Below, piece after piece: positions 56,389 through 59,817 of a stretch of DNA of 59,817 bases (position 1 is its first letter; each line of letters opens with the position of its first letter). The position numbers and the translations under genes are program-made. Under the pieces are notes generated by a model. It was not told the origin of the DNA and did not search any database. It worked only from the letters and a program-made list of their open reading frames with translations. The stretch is taken from positions 1 to 59,817 of the forward strand of contig JBHJOQ010000061.1 in the NCBI GenBank assembly GCA_050329555.1, given 5' to 3'. The DNA comes from Acidimicrobiia bacterium (lineage in GTDB: Bacteria > Actinomycetota > Acidimicrobiia > Spongiisociales > ZC4RG35).

Positions 56389-56960
56389 CGCCCGGACTGA
56401 TTACCCGCATTCAGGACATCGTCGGGGTCGAAGCTGTCGCCGTCGACCTGGCGTCAGACGCCGGCGGCCTCAACCTGCGCCTCTCTCCTGAAGCCGACGA
56501 AGTGCAAGTCCTCAAAGAAGTGCACGAGCTTCTGGTGGCGTACGGGGTGAGAGGCCTGGTCCGGCCCCGGGTAACCCTGGGCCAGAAACGGATGGTTGAT
56601 CCCGATCCCGGGGTCGACGTGCAGATAACGCCTACCGGGTCCGGCGCGCGGATTCAGGTTGCTGTTGGTGAGGTGCAGTCCTCACGACCCGTTGCGGCAA
56701 CACCCGAAGCGATCGCACAGGGCCTTGCAGATGCATGGTGCCAGGTACTCGGGCGGGCGCCTCAGGAAGTCCGATCGGTCACTCTGAGCAGTGCAGGTGG
56801 TTTGACGGTTGTTGTCTCCGACGGGACCAACGAGCACAGGGGCATCGCCGACACCAACCAGGGCTGGGCGAAAGCCCTGGTCCGTTCGGTTGGCTCCGCA
56901 CTCGGCTTCCTGACTCCTGATGGAGCCAAACAATCCGATATGGCCCGCTCTGCTTGGTAA
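56385..56960 (+). CDS. Hypothetical protein
   Basis: 191 aa, soluble-looking, translationally coupled to the upstream ORF. No recognised family. Confidence 0.45.
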   Translation: MTPGLITRIQDIVGVEAVAVDLASDAGGLNLRLSPEADEVQVLKEVHELLVAYGVRGLVRPRVTLGQKRMVDPDPGVDVQITPTGSGARIQVAVGEVQSSRPVAATPEAIAQGLADAWCQVLGRAPQEVRSVTLSSAGGLTVVVSDGTNEHRGIADTNQGWAKALVRSVGSALGFLTPDGAKQSDMARSAW

Positions 56961-56987
56961 CGTCCTCTCTGACAAGAAGACGAAACC

Positions 56988-57491
56988 ATGCCACGAGTAC
57001 TCGTACTGAACGCAAGCTATGAGCCGCTTTCCGTAGTCAGCGCCCGGAGGGGGGTGGTGCTCGTGCTTCGGGAGAAGGCGATCGTGGTTGCCGGCCGCGA
57101 GGAGGTCTGGGCATCCGCAGAGACCAGATTCGATGTCCCCTCCGTGGTGCGTCTCTTGCGCTATGTCAACGTTCCCTACCGTCGCTCGGTCCCCGTATCA
57201 CGACGCGCGGTCTTCGGCCGCGATGGCCATCGATGCCAGTACTGCGGTGGGCCGGCCGAGTCGATCGATCATGTTCTTCCCCGCTCGAAAGGGGGCGACC
57301 ACTCGTGGGAGAACGTGGTCGCCTGTTGTCGGAGTTGCAACGTGAGGAAAGCCGACCGCACCCCACTCGAGGCGGGTCTCCAGCTTGCGGAGAGCCCTGC
57401 CCCACCTCGCCGCTTCGGATGGATCTACGCATCCACGGGATATCAGCTCGATCCCGCCTGGCAGCCGTACCTCCTCCAGGAGTCCGCCTGA
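56988..57491 (+). CDS. HNH endonuclease
   Basis: RDGHRCQYCGGPAESIDHVLPRSKGGDHSWENVVACCRSCNVRKADR (HNH with two CxxC pairs). Confidence 0.8.
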   Translation: MPRVLVLNASYEPLSVVSARRGVVLVLREKAIVVAGREEVWASAETRFDVPSVVRLLRYVNVPYRRSVPVSRRAVFGRDGHRCQYCGGPAESIDHVLPRSKGGDHSWENVVACCRSCNVRKADRTPLEAGLQLAESPAPPRRFGWIYASTGYQLDPAWQPYLLQESA

Positions 57492-57714
57492 CCGGAGCTT
57501 GACGCCGGACAGCGACCTGACCCTGGTACGATGGGTTTATCGCACCGGGTGGAGGCCAGCGTTAACACGCTTCCTCGGTGATCAACGACTTCCAGTTCTC
57601 TAACGGTTGGACTGCCTCTTCGGCCGCCTACGTCGACTCATGATGTGGTGACACCACGTCTTCGGGGCGACATCTACAACCAACTAAGTCTCCTCACGGG
57701 GACAGGAGAAAATC

Positions 57715-59259
57715 ATGGAAAACACTTTTGCATCTATTGGCGTGCCTGATCAGGTTTCGCGCGTCCTGGAGAAGAAGGGCATCGTCTCGCCCTTCCCGGT
57801 CCAGATGGCCACGATCCCCGACGGCCTCGACGGCCGGGACGTCGCCGGTAAGGCACCGACTGGTTCGGGCAAGACACTCGCCTTCGGGATCCCGATGGTC
57901 GCCCGCGTGGGTAATGCGACCAAACGCCACCCCCGTGGCCTGATACTCGCCCCCACCCGTGAGCTCGCTGAGCAGATCAAAGATGAGATCGCTCCGCTGG
58001 CCCGGGCGATGGGCCGGGACATCTTCGCCGTTTACGGGGGAGTTCCCTATGGCCAGCAGCGCACGGCGATGAACCGCGGCGTTGACATCCTTGTAGCAAC
58101 ACCGGGACGGCTCGAGGACCTGATCGACCAGGGACTGGTGAGTCTTGCCGATGTCGACATGGTCGTGGTCGACGAGGCCGACCGGATGGCCGACATGGGC
58201 TTTCTCCCTGCGGTCAAGAGGATCCTCGATCAGACGGCACCAAAGAAACAGACACTCCTCTTCTCGGCAACCCTCGATGGAGATGTTGCGGTCCTGGTCA
58301 GGGACTATCAGAACAACCCGGTCCGGCATGAGACGGGCACTGTCGAGTCAGTAGCCGACGATGCACGGCATCACTTCTGGAACGTGGAGCACAATGATCG
58401 GATCCAGCACACTGCCGATGTGATCGCACATTCGGGAAGGTCGATCGTCTTCACCCGGACCCGACACGGCGCGGACCGTCTCTCCAAGCAACTGGCATCC
58501 GCGGGCGTCAAAGCCGTCGCAATGCATGGCGGTCGCTCCCAGAATCAAAGACAGCGGGCGTTGAAGGACTTCTCCAACGGTAGGGTCCAGGCTCTGATCG
58601 CCACCGATGTCGCTGCCAGAGGTATCCACATCGAAGCGGTCGAAACGGTGATTCACTACGACCCGGCCGCCGACCACAAGGACTACTTGCATCGCTCCGG
58701 GCGGACAGCCCGTGCAGGCGCCTCGGGTGCGGTCGTGAGCCTCGTCACGAGAGACAAGAAAAGCTCCGTACAGAAGCTGCAGCGCCAGCTCGACATCAAT
58801 GTCCCCTTCGGCGACCCCCGTTTGAGCGACCTCAAAGGTGGTGGCCACCACATGGGTGCTGCACCGCGCGGTGAGAGAATGAGTCGCGATGAGAAATCGA
58901 CCCGCGACGAGGGCAAGCCCCGACGCGGCGCACCGTCCTCTCGTCCCGCTGCCGCCAAGCGTGGCGCCCGGAACCGGGAATCGGTGAGACAGGATGATCG
59001 GGAGCCGAGCGTGTTCGTAGGGAACCTTCCCTGGACCGCTACCGATTCCGACATCCACACCCTTTTCGCCCGTCACGGCAAAGTGCACAGCGCAACGGTG
59101 ATCACCGACCGCCGCAACGGCAGGTCGAAGGGCTTCGGTTTCGTCGAGATGTCCCAGGGCGAAGCCAGGGGAGCGATCGACGCCCTCAAGGGGTCCACAA
59201 TGGGCGGCAGGTCGCTCAACGTCCGCTTCGCCGAGCCAAGAGGATCCAGCCGATCCTGA
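57715..59259 (+). CDS. DEAD-box ATP-dependent RNA helicase with C-terminal RNP-type RRM
   Basis: Q-motif/GKAPTGSGKT, PTRELA, VVDEADRM (DEAD), SAT and HRSGRTARAG. After a basic linker come RNP2 VFVGNL and RNP1 KGFGFVEM. AGGAGAAAA RBS. Confidence 0.9.
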   Translation: MENTFASIGVPDQVSRVLEKKGIVSPFPVQMATIPDGLDGRDVAGKAPTGSGKTLAFGIPMVARVGNATKRHPRGLILAPTRELAEQIKDEIAPLARAMGRDIFAVYGGVPYGQQRTAMNRGVDILVATPGRLEDLIDQGLVSLADVDMVVVDEADRMADMGFLPAVKRILDQTAPKKQTLLFSATLDGDVAVLVRDYQNNPVRHETGTVESVADDARHHFWNVEHNDRIQHTADVIAHSGRSIVFTRTRHGADRLSKQLASAGVKAVAMHGGRSQNQRQRALKDFSNGRVQALIATDVAARGIHIEAVETVIHYDPAADHKDYLHRSGRTARAGASGAVVSLVTRDKKSSVQKLQRQLDINVPFGDPRLSDLKGGGHHMGAAPRGERMSRDEKSTRDEGKPRRGAPSSRPAAAKRGARNRESVRQDDREPSVFVGNLPWTATDSDIHTLFARHGKVHSATVITDRRNGRSKGFGFVEMSQGEARGAIDALKGSTMGGRSLNVRFAEPRGSSRS

Positions 59260-59343
59260 ACTGACCGGACCCGCGCCCGGCCGGTTCGAGCAGCCTTCTC
59301 TCCTGCGTCATGCCCGTGTCGCAGTGGCTTACTGGGAAGGAAG

Positions 59344-59472
59344 ATGCACAGAGCAAGGATCGGGGTCATCGTCGCGTTGGTCGTGTTGGGTGTCGGCCTC
59401 GCTGCTGTGGTGTTGCTTTCCGACCCTCCCATCGAGGTACCCGAAGCGGTAGCCGAAGAGGGCGCCGATTAA
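59344..59472 (+). CDS. Possible 42-aa single-TM peptide (not in the ORF track)
   Basis: MHRARIGVIVALVVLGVGLAAVVLLSDPPIEVPEAVAEEGAD, preceded by GGAAGGAAG. The same frame stays open with high GC3 after the TAA, up to 59619. Confidence 0.25.
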   Translation: MHRARIGVIVALVVLGVGLAAVVLLSDPPIEVPEAVAEEGAD

Positions 59473-59704
59473 CCCTTGGATCCCGGACCCGAGCAGCAAT
59501 CTGACGCAGAGTCAGATGACGTCGTGACGGATGAGGTCGTGGCAGGGCAGGATTGCGCTCCAACGGACACCGACTACTTCGCGGCCCTCGGGTGGTTCTC
59601 GACCTCCCCGCCCTCCTGAATCTCTCTCCCACCGCCCGGAGGGTGGGGGGAGGGGGGCTGGCTCCCGCCAACGGTGCTTGGGGCGCGTCTGCTGTCAACT
59701 CGTT

Positions 59705-59817
59705 GAGTCTCAGTCCCCCTTACTTCCGCCCTCCTACGTCGGGCGCAGGGACCGTTCCCCCGTTCGGCTCCGCCTCCGGGGGAACAGCGAGAGTCTCAGT
59801 CCCCCTTACCTCCCGGC
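59705..59817. repeat. Direct repeat (19/19 nt, 86-nt period) flanking a 9-bp inverted repeat; truncated by the window end
   Basis: GAGTCTCAGTCCCCCTTAC occurs at 59705..59723 and 59791..59809. Between them, GTTCCCCCG (59754-59762) pairs with CGGGGGAAC (59777-59785). Confidence 0.35.

Noticed and set aside
57498-57531. TTGACG ... TACGAT as a -35/-10 promoter pair for the helicase gene
   Set aside because: The spacer is 22 nt, too long for a sigma-70-type pair. Only the extended -10-like TGGTACGAT is retained, as a weak possibility.
59705-59817. Possible CRISPR array at the window end
   Set aside because: Only two copies of a 19-nt repeat are visible. The 86-nt period implies spacers of about 67 nt. 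No cas genes are in the window. The repeat is too short and too sparse to call a CRISPR, so it is kept as an unexplained repeat.

Overview
High-GC (about 63-65%) bacterial chromosomal window. Gene content and regulatory motifs look actinobacterial: argCJBDF-argR-argGH order, a TCGAAC-N4-GTTCGA LexA box, DUF3040, and several apparently leaderless starts. A lineage such as Acidimicrobiia is only a guess. All calls come from reading the ORF track and sequence by eye; no database search was run, and start codons are best estimates.

Main blocks:
- A Nif3/COG1579 pair.
- RNase P RNA (rnpB) at about 9440..9815.
- An aquaporin.
- One uninterrupted minus-strand gene string from 29543 down to 13747. 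It holds the complete arginine operon (argC-J-B-D-F, argR, argG-H), followed directly by a 10-gene System I cytochrome c maturation cluster: redoxin lipoprotein, Lgt-like protein, ccmA-B-C-D-E-F-H-G.
- A DEDD-exonuclease/GIY-YIG gene with a perfect SOS box.
- An OpuC-type betaine ABC transporter.
- An SRPBCC/ArsA-like ATPase/DUF1232 operon.
- fabD-fabH-fabG-acpP.
- dinB.
- The MoxR/DUF58/transglutaminase trio.
- An HNH nuclease.
- A DEAD-box helicase with a C-terminal RRM.

Most interesting observations:
1. An exported TlpA-like thioredoxin-fold lipoprotein (11202..11804) has an in-frame TGA exactly where the first Cys of its CxxC motif should be. A GC-rich hairpin sits at SECIS-like distance downstream. 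It is either a candidate UxxC selenoprotein or a nonsense pseudogene.
2. A group II intron domain V-like hairpin lies at the extreme 5' edge of the window.
3. System I ccm, with an embedded Lgt paralog and extra redoxins, sits in an otherwise actinobacterial-type context.
4. A PAF-acetylhydrolase-like hydrolase has its nucleophile Ser replaced by Gly.
5. A 19-nt direct repeat plus hairpin is cut off by the 3' window edge.

I did not recognise a clear-cut defence island or CRISPR array.
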